64,000 nt of DNA, from contig CBFFSA010000013.1 of the NCBI GenBank assembly GCA_965644495.1, positions 186,001-250,000 on the forward strand, in the 5' to 3' direction. Within the stretch, counting starts at the first letter, position 1. The number at the start of each line of letters is the position of its first letter. Made by a program: the position numbers and the translations under genes. Below the pieces are notes generated by a model that was given only the letters and a program-made list of their open reading frames with translations, was not told the origin of the DNA and did no database searches. The stretch comes from Perkinsela sp. CCAP 1560/9. Taxonomy: Eukaryota; Protista; Euglenozoa: Kinetoplastea. Positions 41,890 through 52,744 of the stretch are shown in pieces.

Positions 41890-43561
41890 TTGTTTGGTAT
41901 TGCTTTGGACGGAGGCACGGATCAGGTTCTCGGTGAACACATCATGGTAGCGGTGCTCTATGTAGGTCCTCATCATTGGGTACTTCCGCCTATGTATCAC
42001 GAAAAACATGGCGCATTTAATGGTGTCCAGATCGGTGCACAAATTGTTGATGATCTTCGCCGCCGTTTAGGGGCGCAACGTCTGCGAAAATGGGCCTACT
42101 TCATAGTAGATGGGGCTGCCGTCAATCATGTGGCCCGGCAGGAGGCTGAGAACGAACTTGGCGAATTGTATCGACGATTGGGCATTTTGGGTGAGAGCGA
42201 TTTCTCATCAATGAGGAATGCGGTTCAAGGATCAATTGCTCAACGCACCTTGTACTCAGCGGTTGGCGCTGGTGACATGCATCGGCCATTTTCTCAACCA
42301 AGTTGCGAAGTCGGCACTAAAGAGTTGGAACACTACGAACCTCTTTCTACTTCGTAAACATTTCACTAATACTTTCTATAGTGGAGCGAAAACTTCAGCT
42401 CGGAAAGGTGAATTTCGGGGTATAGCTCTGGACTTGCGTCTTGAAGAACTTGGTGACGACGTCCATAAGGCCGCAAAAACTGTTTAATCCTACTACAGCC
42501 TTTTGGTGGGACATGGTTTAGGAGATGTCGAGAAAGAAAAAAAATTGATTTCTTTGACAAGCGCAGTTTCTCTCTTGAAACGTTTCGTTGAAACTCCCGG
42601 TGTGGAACTTTACAACGCTCTAGTTTCGACTGCAACGTATGAGCAAAAATATGAAGTCTCAAAAGCCCTGGTCCCCGAAATTTTAGAAGGTCTCGACAAG
42701 GCGCACAAAGCTCCTGTTCATGGATCCCCCAAGCTTTGGGGTGTGACTCGATGGGTATTGGACAAGTTTACCTCAATTAGCTACATTGCCAACAAGGCTC
42801 CGACGATAGCCCGACTAGTGGAGGCGCACTGCCGTAAGAGTAAGAAACCGTCTGCTTCAATAGAGCAATGCTGGGAGTGCTTAAAAACCGAAGGATCAAT
42901 CCAGGCTATCATCAATCAGGCTAACGAATTCTTAAAGCAGTGCGCCCCCATAAAAAATGCTTTGGAACTTTTTTCTGACGTCACAGTCACTCCGAGAGTG
43001 CTTAGTGTTTTCCCTGTTATAAACAACCTTCGCAAGCAAATGTCGTATAATGAACAGGTAGTAGAAGCAATTTTGGGCCATCGAGATCGCGTTCGCCGGC
43101 ATCATCTCCGGGATTTTTTTATGAATGTACAATGGTTAAATCCTATGTATATCCAGTGGTCAGTCCGGAACTCTGATGGGTCTTTCTTGACTTCTCTTCC
43201 TAGTACTGAAATAATGAATGCCATGTTGCGAACTGGCACTCCGATGTTTTCGATATCGGATAACGAATTTAATGATTTTCTTACGTGTGAAGATTATGGT
43301 TGGCGCGCTACACCGCAGTACACAGCGGCGACTTGGTGGGAAGAGACAGGAACACTTAGGTACCCGGAAATATATCGCGCAGCACGATGTTACCTCTGGG
43401 TTCGGCCGATAGTTACAGAATGTGATTCAGTGCTTCCCGTAATGGGACAGAAGTACTGCAGTCGACAGACTAGTATGTCTCCGGAAAAGATGGCAGTGTA
43501 TATTTTCGTACACTGCAATATTAAACGTTTGGATCCTCAAATCAATGCAATTGTTGATTGA
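41890..43561 (+). pseudogene. hAT-superfamily transposase, with a frameshift near 42.2 kb and an in-frame TAA at 42485-42487
   Basis: GIALDGGTD, FIVDGAAVN, CIGHFLN (CxxH), VTRW, C-terminal WW...YPEIYRAA..L..P dimerisation motif; CAGCGAACC arrays on both sides (41636-41692, 43893-43967). Confidence 0.85.
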
Positions 43562-44360
43562 GCTTACAATTTTTTTATTAAGATGTATCTTCACTGTTCT
43601 TTTCTTTCTTTGCCAAGGCTCGAGGATAAACTCGACTGACCAAAAAACAAATTAAAAAAAATAAAAAAATCCAGAAGGGTAATTCCCAGATTATTCAGGC
43701 GGCGGTACAAGATTGGTACTGCCGTGGTGTTAGGGGTAGGCTTCCGGTGGGCCTAGGGGGGTGCACAACAAAAAAAATACTTTGGGCGATGAAAACTAAT
43801 GCATGCAAGGAAATAATCCTTTTAGAGATAGAGATACTGTTTCTATAATGCTTTCGACCATCTTGAAGTTTAACACCTGAAGATCCGCGTTAAGTGGTTC
43901 GCTGTGTTCGCTATTTTGTTCACTGAACCAGCGAACACAGCGAACCAGCGAACACACCAGCGAACCAAAAGGTATAGAATCCATCGCCAAACACAAAAAG
44001 AGAATCTATTTACGACTGTCAAACGAATAATTTCAAAGATTACATACATACAATACTTTATGTATACGTGTCCGGGTCTTGTGATATAGGTGGGGTGCCC
44101 TCCCCATTTATCCTATATCAAACTTGTTTTTCATTTTTACTTTTTTTTGTATTTCTTTTTTTTCTTCTTTTTTGTTTTTCTTTTTTTATTGACGACCGCC
44201 CACTTTAGAGTCGCCTCTTGGGTCTCTTTGTTTCTGCTGAACGGTCGTGCCCTCGAGCCGAACAGTTGGGGCTTTAATATAACATATGAATCCTATGGAT
44301 ACCAAGATTCCTTTGCAGTTTTCCGACTAATGACTGGAGTATCACTGGAGAAGAGGTTCA

Positions 44361-45113
44361 TAGGGGGGTGCACGAAAATATGGGTGGGGGGTCAAAATTC
44401 TTATAATTCGGCCAATTTTGGAAAATAATAGCGCATTCGAGAGCTCTCACAGAGTTACGTGTCATGTGATATTACGTTTTACGTAGTTTCCAGGTATATG
44501 CATTCTCCTGAATACCTTAAAAAGGGCAACTGCAAGTTTTTTTTCCGGTAAAAAAAAGTTAGTATCCACAATTTCCACCTTTTTTCTCCAACACAATTTT
44601 TACGTTCGTTGGAATACTCTCTAAAGTCCTCAAAAATACATCGTATTGCGCCCCTTTTAATTTTTCGACCCCAGAAGCGATCGCTCGTCTCAAATCTGTA
44701 CGATTCGTTGGACAAAGCGAGTTTTTATGCTCGTCCATATCAGAATCGAGAATATTTTAACCAAGAGTATCCTGTGAGACGCTCTAAGTTGCCCACAAGG
44801 CGAATAACAAAATCTGCTCCGTTTCTGCACCTTTTTATTATTCGAATATGACCTTTTCTGGGGCATAGTACTGTATTAGGATCAAAAAAGTCAATAAATT
44901 CACAAAAAAAAGCATGTTTTTCAAAAAACTGCAGAATTTTGCACTTTGAAAAATCATGATTTTTTTAAATTGTTTAAAAAATTTAAAAATGCGGGAAACG
45001 CATTATCACATGACACTTAACTCTGTGAGAGCTCTCGAATGCGCTATTATTTTCCAAAATTGGGCGAGTTATAAGAATTTTGACCCCCCCCCATATTTTC
45101 GTGCACCCCCCTG
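44361..45113. mobile_element. MITE with ~110-bp TIRs (Tc1/mariner type)
   Basis: AGGGGGGTGCACGAAAATATGGG...TTCGAGAGCTCTCACAGAGTTA and its inverted copy ending CCCCCCTG|TA. Confidence 0.88.
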
Positions 45114-45115
45114 TA

Positions 45116-45400
45116 TATAAATTATTTACGACGTGCAAAGAACAGTCATTGTTTCCAGGAGCTTGTTGCACGCAATCAACATATGTGACCTGTAGTCGAT
45201 GATATCGTTCGTGCGATAATTTTAAGGTTTCCACAAAGCGATTTAAGTTGTCCATTGCTGCACGAGGAGCGTGTTGTATTAAACTGTCAAAGACTAGAAG
45301 GGTGTTGGAAGAGACCCGAACAAGTGAGCTTCGTAAAGGACCTGAAATCGCCGATCCACGAGTGTGCGCGTTGTCTAGCGTCTCGTTCTCGTTCGAATCG
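45116..45400 (-). pseudogene. Ulp1/SENP-like (C48) cysteine protease fragment cut by the MITE
   Basis: LLVFDSL and CVQQAPGNNDCSLHVVNNL (Q...DC catalytic motif); catalytic His not seen. Confidence 0.55.
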
Positions 45401-45863
45401 ACAGTCTTTGAAAGGATAAAGGGAACTATTAATAAAGTTTCAATGATTTCCATAAAAGAAAATATTACGCTACATTTACTCTACCTTTTTGGTAAAAAAA
45501 ATTGTTCAATTTTTTTTTCGGACAATTTGTTTTCTTCTAAACGGCACTATAAGTGGGGGGGTACCCCGGCACAGTAAATAGAAAAAGAAGTTTCTTATTC
45601 AGCGTTTTTCACTGAGCTTTCGGTCCTTATCTGTACGGCGGAAAACCTAGCTTTATTAACCTTTTGCTTGAAGTACTACATTACGAAAAGCGCAAAATGT
45701 ACATTCACAGAGATCTCCTTAACCGTCTAACGTTAGATGCTTTCTTTGTTGCGTGCTCAACAGAGCATCAAAACACGCAGTCTCTAGTCCCATCTACACT
45801 GTACAAAGAACTGACACCTGTCTACTTTATCGTGTTCCTACACGTATCTGTTCTCCTCTTCCT

Positions 45864-47501
45864 CTACACTTTTTCTTCCTCTTTGCATCCACTTTCTTCC
45901 TCTTCCTCTGCCTCATAGGTAAATCCCAACACCTCCGTGGTACCCGAGCCACTCCGTGACAGTACCACCTCCTCCCTCCACTGCCTCAACCCGGATGCGG
46001 TCATAGGCTCCAGCACTCCCTCCGGTGCTGCTCCGTCCCCCGGTACCCTACTAACTCTACTCAGCCCCTCCCAATCGATGCCCTGAAAAAAAGCATGTTT
46101 TTTCAACAAACTCGCCCCCGTAACCCTTTTCATCGGATTCTTCCGCAGCAACAGTCGTAACAAATCACATGCGGCAGGCGACAACACCCCAATCGGCAGT
46201 GCCACCGGTTCGGCTATAATTTTCGCAAAAACCTCCCCCGGGGTACTTCCCCCAAACGGAGGGGACCCCAGGAGCATTTCATACACCATGACCCCGAGGG
46301 CCCAGTAGTCCACCCCGGACCCATAGCCTTTTCGTCGAATCACCTCCGGCGCGAGATACAGCGGGGTGCCACAGAACGTGTACGCCTGCTGCGCCTCCTC
46401 GAGCAACAGCGTGCGAGCGAGTCCCATGTCCGTAAGCACACAGTGCCCTTCGGAATTAAAAACCACATTGTCGGGTTTAAGATCGCGATAGATAATCCCG
46501 TGGGAGTGGAGATGGGAGAGCGCACAGAGGAGCTGTGCCGCGTAGAGGGCAGTAGTGGGCTCCGGGAGACGTCGATGATGGGTGAGGAAACGGCTAAGGG
46601 AGCCGTTGGGGAGGTAGGGCATGAGGAAACATAATTTTTGGGGCGTCTGGAACGCGGCCTCGAGGCGGATGAGGAAGGGATGACGGAGCTGGAGAAGGAT
46701 TTGCCGTTCGGAGAGAATGAGCTTAAGGTCGAGAGATTCGGATTTGCGGATGATTTTGAGCGCGCTGATGCGGTGTGTGGTTTTGTGTTGAACTTTAAAG
46801 ACTTTTCCAAAGCTGCCTTCGCCTAATATACCGAGGGGTTCGAAATCTTGTAATGAAATTTTGTGACGGCAAGCCGCTTGACTGATTTTATTATTTCTCC
46901 CCAAGCTGTGATGACTAAACGGAGTTAGTGAATGTGTTGGCATGGGTTGCTTCTGGTTAACGCATTCGGTTTTGGAATGAATCGATTCCTCCACTATCTT
47001 AGTTTGACGCATCTCAATTGCTTTTTCAAAGTCAGGGGACGTATGCAAATTTTCATCCCCACTCTGAACGCTATTCTCGTGCATTTGTCCCTGAGAAGGA
47101 AAGTCCAATAAATATAAATTCGAGTCAGCAATTGCGGTTCGGAGAGAGCTGACCCACGAGCACAACAGTGCTTCATCGGTGACCCGTAAGCGGAGCTTTG
47201 ATTTACGCAACGGGACGCATAAGACGAATGTTTTCTCATCTCGGACTGATATGGAAGAGCCAGCCAGAGGAAGCTTTAAATACGGTGTCTTTCCATTCGA
47301 CCCTTTATAAATCTCTAGCGTATTTCTGCGTAGAACGCCCCAATGTGTGTTGTAAGAATTGAAAATTTTCCCGTTATGGATGCGAAGGTGAGAAGAAAAG
47401 CCCGTAAACTCACTGTTTGTTTTAGGAGCAGAAATTGTTCTAGTCTCCTGAGGACGACACTCCCATTTCTGATTCGTGCAAGGTAGAGAACACGCCGCCA
47501 T
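45864..47501 (-). CDS. PH-domain AGC Ser/Thr kinase (Akt/RAC-like)
   Basis: N-terminal PH (W.VL..L..YK, WVSSL), LGEGSFGKV, YRDLKPDN, FCGTPLYLAPE, C-terminal GFTY; DFG reads DMG. Confidence 0.92.
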   Translation of the reverse strand: MAACSLPCTNQKWECRPQETRTISAPKTNSEFTGFSSHLRIHNGKIFNSYNTHWGVLRRNTLEIYKGSNGKTPYLKLPLAGSSISVRDEKTFVLCVPLRKSKLRLRVTDEALLCSWVSSLRTAIADSNLYLLDFPSQGQMHENSVQSGDENLHTSPDFEKAIEMRQTKIVEESIHSKTECVNQKQPMPTHSLTPFSHHSLGRNNKISQAACRHKISLQDFEPLGILGEGSFGKVFKVQHKTTHRISALKIIRKSESLDLKLILSERQILLQLRHPFLIRLEAAFQTPQKLCFLMPYLPNGSLSRFLTHHRRLPEPTTALYAAQLLCALSHLHSHGIIYRDLKPDNVVFNSEGHCVLTDMGLARTLLLEEAQQAYTFCGTPLYLAPEVIRRKGYGSGVDYWALGVMVYEMLLGSPPFGGSTPGEVFAKIIAEPVALPIGVLSPAACDLLRLLLRKNPMKRVTGASLLKKHAFFQGIDWEGLSRVSRVPGDGAAPEGVLEPMTASGLRQWREEVVLSRSGSGTTEVLGFTYEAEEEEESGCKEEEKV

Positions 47502-47719
47502 ATTCGTGATACAACTTACGAGTAGGTGGCGAACACGTCACAACGATCAGACATCAATTTCCTCTCTTCATATAAAAACCAAATATGACATGAATGAACG
47601 AATCATAAAATACGCTAGTTCACCTGATTCTCACTCATTATGAAAAGAAATGAAAAACAAAGAGGAAAATGTTATCTCTCATTACGTACATGCGGTATCA
47701 CCATATATCCCCACCCCTG

Positions 47720-48619
47720 TCACTCCATCTCCCCACACTTCCCCTTCGTATAATCCCTCAACCTTTTATCCAAAAACACCACCAACTTCTTACACGCCAC
47801 CACCGCCGTCTCCCACACCCTCCCCATCTCCCCCTCCCTCCCGCCTCCCCCCATCCGAAAACTCACCCCTTCCGTCGGGGTGTGGCCGTAGCACACGTAC
47901 CACCCCCCGCCCCTTCCCGCCGCGGCCTCCTCCCGGGTCGGGTCCACCACCACCCGCTCCCCGAGCACCACCACGGAGGCCGACACCACGAGGTCCCGCA
48001 TCGGGACCCCGGCGTCCTGGAGCGCCAGCCCCGCGGCGTTCACCACCGCCGCCTCCACCCCCCCTTCCTCCTGGAGCACCTGGATGTGGAGGTCCAGCGT
48101 ACTGTGGGGGTAGGCCCCGCGGAGGATGGCCCCCGCGAGGGTGTCGAGGACCGCCTGGGCCAGCAGCCGGTCTCGGCTACCACTACCACCACTGCTACTC
48201 GTAGTGGAGTACAGCCCCCCACGTGACCCGGTGTTTGCGCGGGAGCTGGCAAAGACAAGGTCACAGGTGAGGAGGAGGGCCCCGGGGGTGGGGGGTTCAT
48301 CCATAGGGGAAGTAGAAGTAGAGGTAGAGGTTGAAGAAGAGGAACCCCCCGCCCGGGGGTGTAGTGCGGCAGGGGGGAGGGTTGTGGTTGCGGTGCTGAC
48401 TACGGCGCCGGAGGCTGCGGCGGAGAGGCTGAGGGGCTCGGTGGCTTTGGGGCCGTAGACGGCGGCGACGACTTTGGTGCCCCCGAGGTCGAGCGCACAG
48501 CTGCCGTCGGCGGTGTGGAGGATGCCGAGGGAGAGGGAGGTGTCGCGCCACTCGGTGAGGCGTCGTCCGTCACGGCGGAGACCGGCGAGGGAGATGTGTT
48601 CGTGGTGGCGGGAGACCAT
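47720..48619 (-). CDS. RRP41: Exosome RNase PH-like subunit (RRP41-like)
   Basis: GLRRDGRR..EWR, ADGS..GGTKVVAAVYGP, YPHS.LD..IQVLQEEG, NAA.LAL.DAGVPMRD. Confidence 0.88.
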   Translation of the reverse strand: MVSRHHEHISLAGLRRDGRRLTEWRDTSLSLGILHTADGSCALDLGGTKVVAAVYGPKATEPLSLSAAASGAVVSTATTTLPPAALHPRAGGSSSSTSTSTSTSPMDEPPTPGALLLTCDLVFASSRANTGSRGGLYSTTSSSGGSGSRDRLLAQAVLDTLAGAILRGAYPHSTLDLHIQVLQEEGGVEAAVVNAAGLALQDAGVPMRDLVVSASVVVLGERVVVDPTREEAAAGRGGGWYVCYGHTPTEGVSFRMGGGGREGEMGRVWETAVVACKKLVVFLDKRLRDYTKGKCGEME

Positions 48620-49088
48620 GGAGGGGTGAGGAAGGATAGAAGGGGTAGAAGAAGAATCTGTAATGGGGACAAAGTTTATTAAGAAAGGTTTTTTGGTTAA
48701 GAAGATTATGCTGCTGCCCGATTTAAAGAGGACACATCAAGAGAGTGTGAAAGAGGCGAACCTATTTAAAAAAACAATAATTTTGTCAACGAAATGCGAA
48801 GCATAAATGGCAGGTGCTGCTATCAGTACGACATCAAAGCGACTTATCTATTTCACAGGCCGGAGTAATCTTTATGCTTTACGCATTACGTTTTCGGGAG
48901 GCAGTAGCGTAGAAAAAAACAAAATAATGTAATCATAAAACGAACTTCTACGGGAAACGTGATCAGTTCTACTGTATTTATAGCAATCGAGAATTTCAGA
49001 AATCACTTTTACTGCACATCAAAAGATGGCATGATAGTCTTCCTTGTTCAGTGCCGTATTTTTTAGACCCTCTTACAATGGAAGTAGA

Positions 49089-49424
49089 TCACGAAGCGGG
49101 CTTTGCGGCCTGTGGATTCTTTACGACAAGAATTACGTTATCACCCCGCACAAAAACTTTAGAAAGGGATCTTCGTTTTGGGACACCTCGAGTACTGCTT
49201 TTATCTCGTTCAACCCAGATTTCTTGAACATTATCCATAATGAGGTTCATGTGTCGGTCAAAGGCGCGTACACGCCCAAGCATTTTGTGATTATCCCGAC
49301 AATATACGAATATTTGCGCGCCGGACTTCAAGCTTGAATCCAAAACACTGAGCGGACCACGTTCGAACTCTTCTCTTTCGGCTTCGTCAGCTGCTTCTCG
49401 GGTCAGCGGCTTGTGTGTTACCAT
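49089..49424 (-). CDS. SMD2: Small nuclear ribonucleoprotein Sm D2
   Basis: EEF..GPLSVL, CRDNHKMLGRVRAFDRHMNLIMDNVQEIW, FVRGDNVILV. Confidence 0.95.
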   Translation of the reverse strand: MVTHKPLTREAADEAEREEFERGPLSVLDSSLKSGAQIFVYCRDNHKMLGRVRAFDRHMNLIMDNVQEIWVERDKSSTRGVPKRRSLSKVFVRGDNVILVVKNPQAAKPAS

Positions 49425-50076
49425 AGTGAGAGTGACAAGTTATAAGAAAGTAAATGATAGCACTATAGGATAAATTAGCAGTTCTTCTGAATCCAAATTT
49501 GTACGCTGTATTTGTTTCACATGAAAGCGAGACAAAGAGTAGAGTATAAATGGGGAGGAAAAGAGCTCAAGGAGGAAGGTTCGCAATATTAAGTACCCTT
49601 GCGACATCTGCTGTCCTAGCAAAAATCGTATGCCGGTATAGGACTATTCACCCGAACAGTGCTATTATACAAAGTGGTGCAATTTTCACTTTAATTTGAT
49701 AAATACAGTATCATGAAGTTTACACTGTAAACTTTACAGTGTAAAATTTATGCTTTATACTATAAATTTTATACTTTATATTACTTTGTTCCAATTTGAA
49801 ATAAGAAAGCTAATGGTTTCCAAGTTTTATTGAAGGGTATCCATACAGTTTCAGATACTAGTCGTGCTTATAGAATGTTTCTTTTCATAAACAGACAGAA
49901 CGCCTGAATTCCAACGGACCGAAACTATTAATCATCATTTAGAGATGTATAACCCTTTTGGCAGGGGAAGCTGAGGTAGAGTTTATTCTATACACAATTC
50001 TATACAGCTTATTCTAAGTACAATGGCACAACCAATAATGATAATAATTCAAATACAATGACCACAAGTCAAATTA

Positions 50077-51125
50077 CTGTACCCCCCCTAGTTATCTGTC
50101 GTTACTTTTCGAGGGGTGCGACAGATAACTTTTTTAAGTCAAGGTTTCTAGATGGGTTCGCTGTTTCGTTCACTGAACCAGCGAACCAGTGAACACCAGC
50201 GGGCCAACGAGTATGAATGATGTGATTGAGGTCTATTTCAGACACGGATGAAGTCACGACAGCCAAGAACGCCTCCAAGGAACCGAAAGAACTGCAGGGC
50301 AGAACGCGAAAAGACAAAACAAAAGCACCTGGCGGAGTACTTGGCAAGTACTTAGTACGTACTATCCGTACTAGGGAGATGTATGACTTGCGGGTTATAA
50401 CCTTGCGTGTCGATCATGATCTTCTCAAAGCACAGCACTACTCGCTTCGAAAAATAGCCTAATTCTGCTTTAAAGGATGAGCATGTTACAGCAATAGTGA
50501 CCTTCAATTTTTAGTTAGCGCATCAAAAGTTTCGATGCGCATGATTTTGATTCAAGTACGCATGATAAGACGCCGAAAATCGCGAAAAATGGCGTGTCAC
50601 TTTACAGAACTACCGCTCTACCCTCGATTATTAATCAAAAATGAGAAATTTAATGAAAAAAAAGTCTAAAAAAAAAATGAAAAACTAAAAAGGATGTGTT
50701 TTGCTGGTCTAGGGGTACCAGGCATTCTCTTTAAAAATTCCCCGCAAAGCTTAGGGTTACATTAACAAGGTTGTTCGTTAAAAAAATTACCCAAAAAAGA
50801 GGAAACAAATAACTTTGTTTCAATATACTGTTTCAATATACTGCGGAGGGGAGAGAAAGAGTGGGGTTGAGGTTACTGTGGTGTGGAGGGGAGAGAGAGT
50901 GGGATTGAGGGATACTGTGACCCATAATGTGCTTCTGCCTCGGAGAACCATGAGGCGGGGTAATCTACACTGTATGTTAAAAACGCAGCTAATCGCAAAA
51001 AAAATCAGCGCCGCTTCGCAACGCCTGTTTTGTCCGACTGACAATTATGTAGGGGGAGGGTGAATTCATCTTTTCTCAGAACTGACAAATAAGTAGGGGG
51101 GTGACAATTATGTAGGGGGGGATGG
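50077..51125. mobile_element. ~1.05-kb pogo-like non-autonomous element
   Basis: TA|CTGTACCCCCCCTAGTTATCTGTC ... GACAATTATGTAGGGGGGGATGG|TA; carries a CAGCGAACC array (50154-50200) and a degenerate CGCCGCTTCGC hairpin (51009). Confidence 0.6.
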
Positions 51126-51326
51126 TACCTTGCTAAGCGAAGCTGCTTCGCATTACCGAAGCTGTACTAAACTTACTGAGCAATTGTACTAAACTCCCGA
51201 TTCGAATATTACTCTAGATATTCAGTGCAGGTCCGTGTGATTTCTCTCATGGTGCTGTCAGAAAGATTGTGATGCTATATTGTATGAGATTCATCATAAA
51301 TGTTGTTAGCACGAACTAAAGACATA

Positions 51327-51445
51327 CAGGGGGTGGCACGGAAAGATGGGGGGTCAAAGGTCGTAAAACTTGGCCGATTTTGGAAAATAGCACCGCATTC
51401 GAGAGCTCTCGAAGAGCTACGTGTTGCCTAATATGCGCATGTTTA
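51327..51445. mobile_element. Orphan left end of the CAGGGGG/GAGAGCTCTC MITE family
   Basis: TA|CAGGGGGTGGCACGGAAA...TTTTGGAAAATAGCACCGCATTCGAGAGCTCTC aligns with 44361-44470. Confidence 0.75.
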
Positions 51446-51908
51446 AAAATGCGCTTCCTGTCTCTTAAACTTTTCATTGTTCACAGAAAAATACGTTTTC
51501 GAAACTTGCAATTTTCCCCCTCCCATCGGATGTGCCAGACGTGCGCTGACTCATCCCGTCGATCATCCCGATCACCGCGGGACAACTCCACTTCTCTTGG
51601 GCGCACCCACATTTGGGTTTTTCATCAGTGCATTGGTTTTCTGCCCAGCTAACCTCGCAATTACGCCATCGGCGCCCGCTCAACCACTATCGGTCCGCTC
51701 AGCCAACCCCACTCTTCCAACACCCCTGCCCCCGTCCAACCAGTCTTCCGAGTCAAATCCTTGTTACTGGGGGATCTGTTTATAGGGGGTTTACGATAAA
51801 TATTTTTTCACGGTTCCAGCGAGGAAAACTCACGGTTTCAGATCCCGCAGTAGCAAGGGTCTTTCCATGTCCCACCTAGACTTGCACTGTGCAAGTTGGG
51901 CATCGCAA

Positions 51909-52553
51909 TTAATCAAGGTTTCGGCGCGCATTAGCGCTTTTTACAGACTGACGTATGTGCCGTCGGGATACCAAAAGAGGGGTAAACAAACTTCGAAGAA
52001 AACAAAATATAAGTACGAATAAAACAACCCCCATAACAAAGGAATAAATATACCCCATCCTGCGTTGCCGCGCAGGTAGGAGTCTCATAAAAAGTCGCAT
52101 ACGTGCAGGATCCCCAGGAACCCGCGTGCCTCGATAATACGCTGACGTTGGGTCTAAGAGTAGTGCCCGAGCCTGCTTAAGCTCAGACGCTCTGGCACGA
52201 CCATGTGGGGAGTTGGGGTCACAAACTGCGGATTTAGTTTTAAAAGACCTTTCAATGTCATCTTTTGTTGCCGTGGCCGCATTTAATCCCAAAACGTGAA
52301 GAGGATCACTGTGGAGAAGAAAAAGTTCCTGCTCGCGTGCTTCGCCCGAGAACGTGTTCGCAGAGTCGTGAGTATGATTAAACATCTCCCAACCTCTTGC
52401 ACTTGAGCTCGCCTGCCGAATATTCGACGTAAAAATGGGAATGGCGGAGTCTATCGTGCCTGATCGGAGAGAACAATGGGAAACTACAGGTGCTGTATGA
52501 CCTCGAAAGCGCTGTGCTAGGTAGCAAATAACGGCCTTTTTGCTACTATTCAT
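51909..52553 (-). CDS. J-domain-like membrane protein, probably mitochondrial
   Basis: Presequence-like start; DPLHVLGL...DDIERSFK...CDPN...LKQARALLLDP; C-terminal TM. Confidence 0.7.
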   Translation of the reverse strand: MNSSKKAVICYLAQRFRGHTAPVVSHCSLRSGTIDSAIPIFTSNIRQASSSARGWEMFNHTHDSANTFSGEAREQELFLLHSDPLHVLGLNAATATKDDIERSFKTKSAVCDPNSPHGRARASELKQARALLLDPTSAYYRGTRVPGDPARMRLFMRLLPARQRRMGYIYSFVMGVVLFVLIFCFLRSLFTPLLVSRRHIRQSVKSANARRNLD

Positions 52554-52744
52554 GAATGAAAAATCTTAAAGTATTTGTGTAGAGGTTTATGACTTAATAT
52601 TTGGTAAATCCAAAACATTCATAAATGCGCTGACCATCAGTCAGGAAACCTAGAATTAGCGCTTTACATTTTTTCTTAACGATTCAGAATAAACTTTGCA
52701 GCCTCCAAGCAAATTGATACATAAAAAGCCCATAGGCACCTTCC

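Larger units (their letters stand above)
41203..45574. mobile_element. Pogo-like TIR shell (4.4 kb) holding nested hAT, MITE and protease fragments
   Basis: CTGTGCCCCCCCACTTATAGTGCCG ... CGGCACTATAAGTGGGGGGGTACCCCGGCACAG|TA. Confidence 0.6.

Noticed and set aside
43831-43850. Second SL-like word AGATACTGTTTCTATAATG
   Set aside because: Lacks the TWTATTG end; compatible with chance
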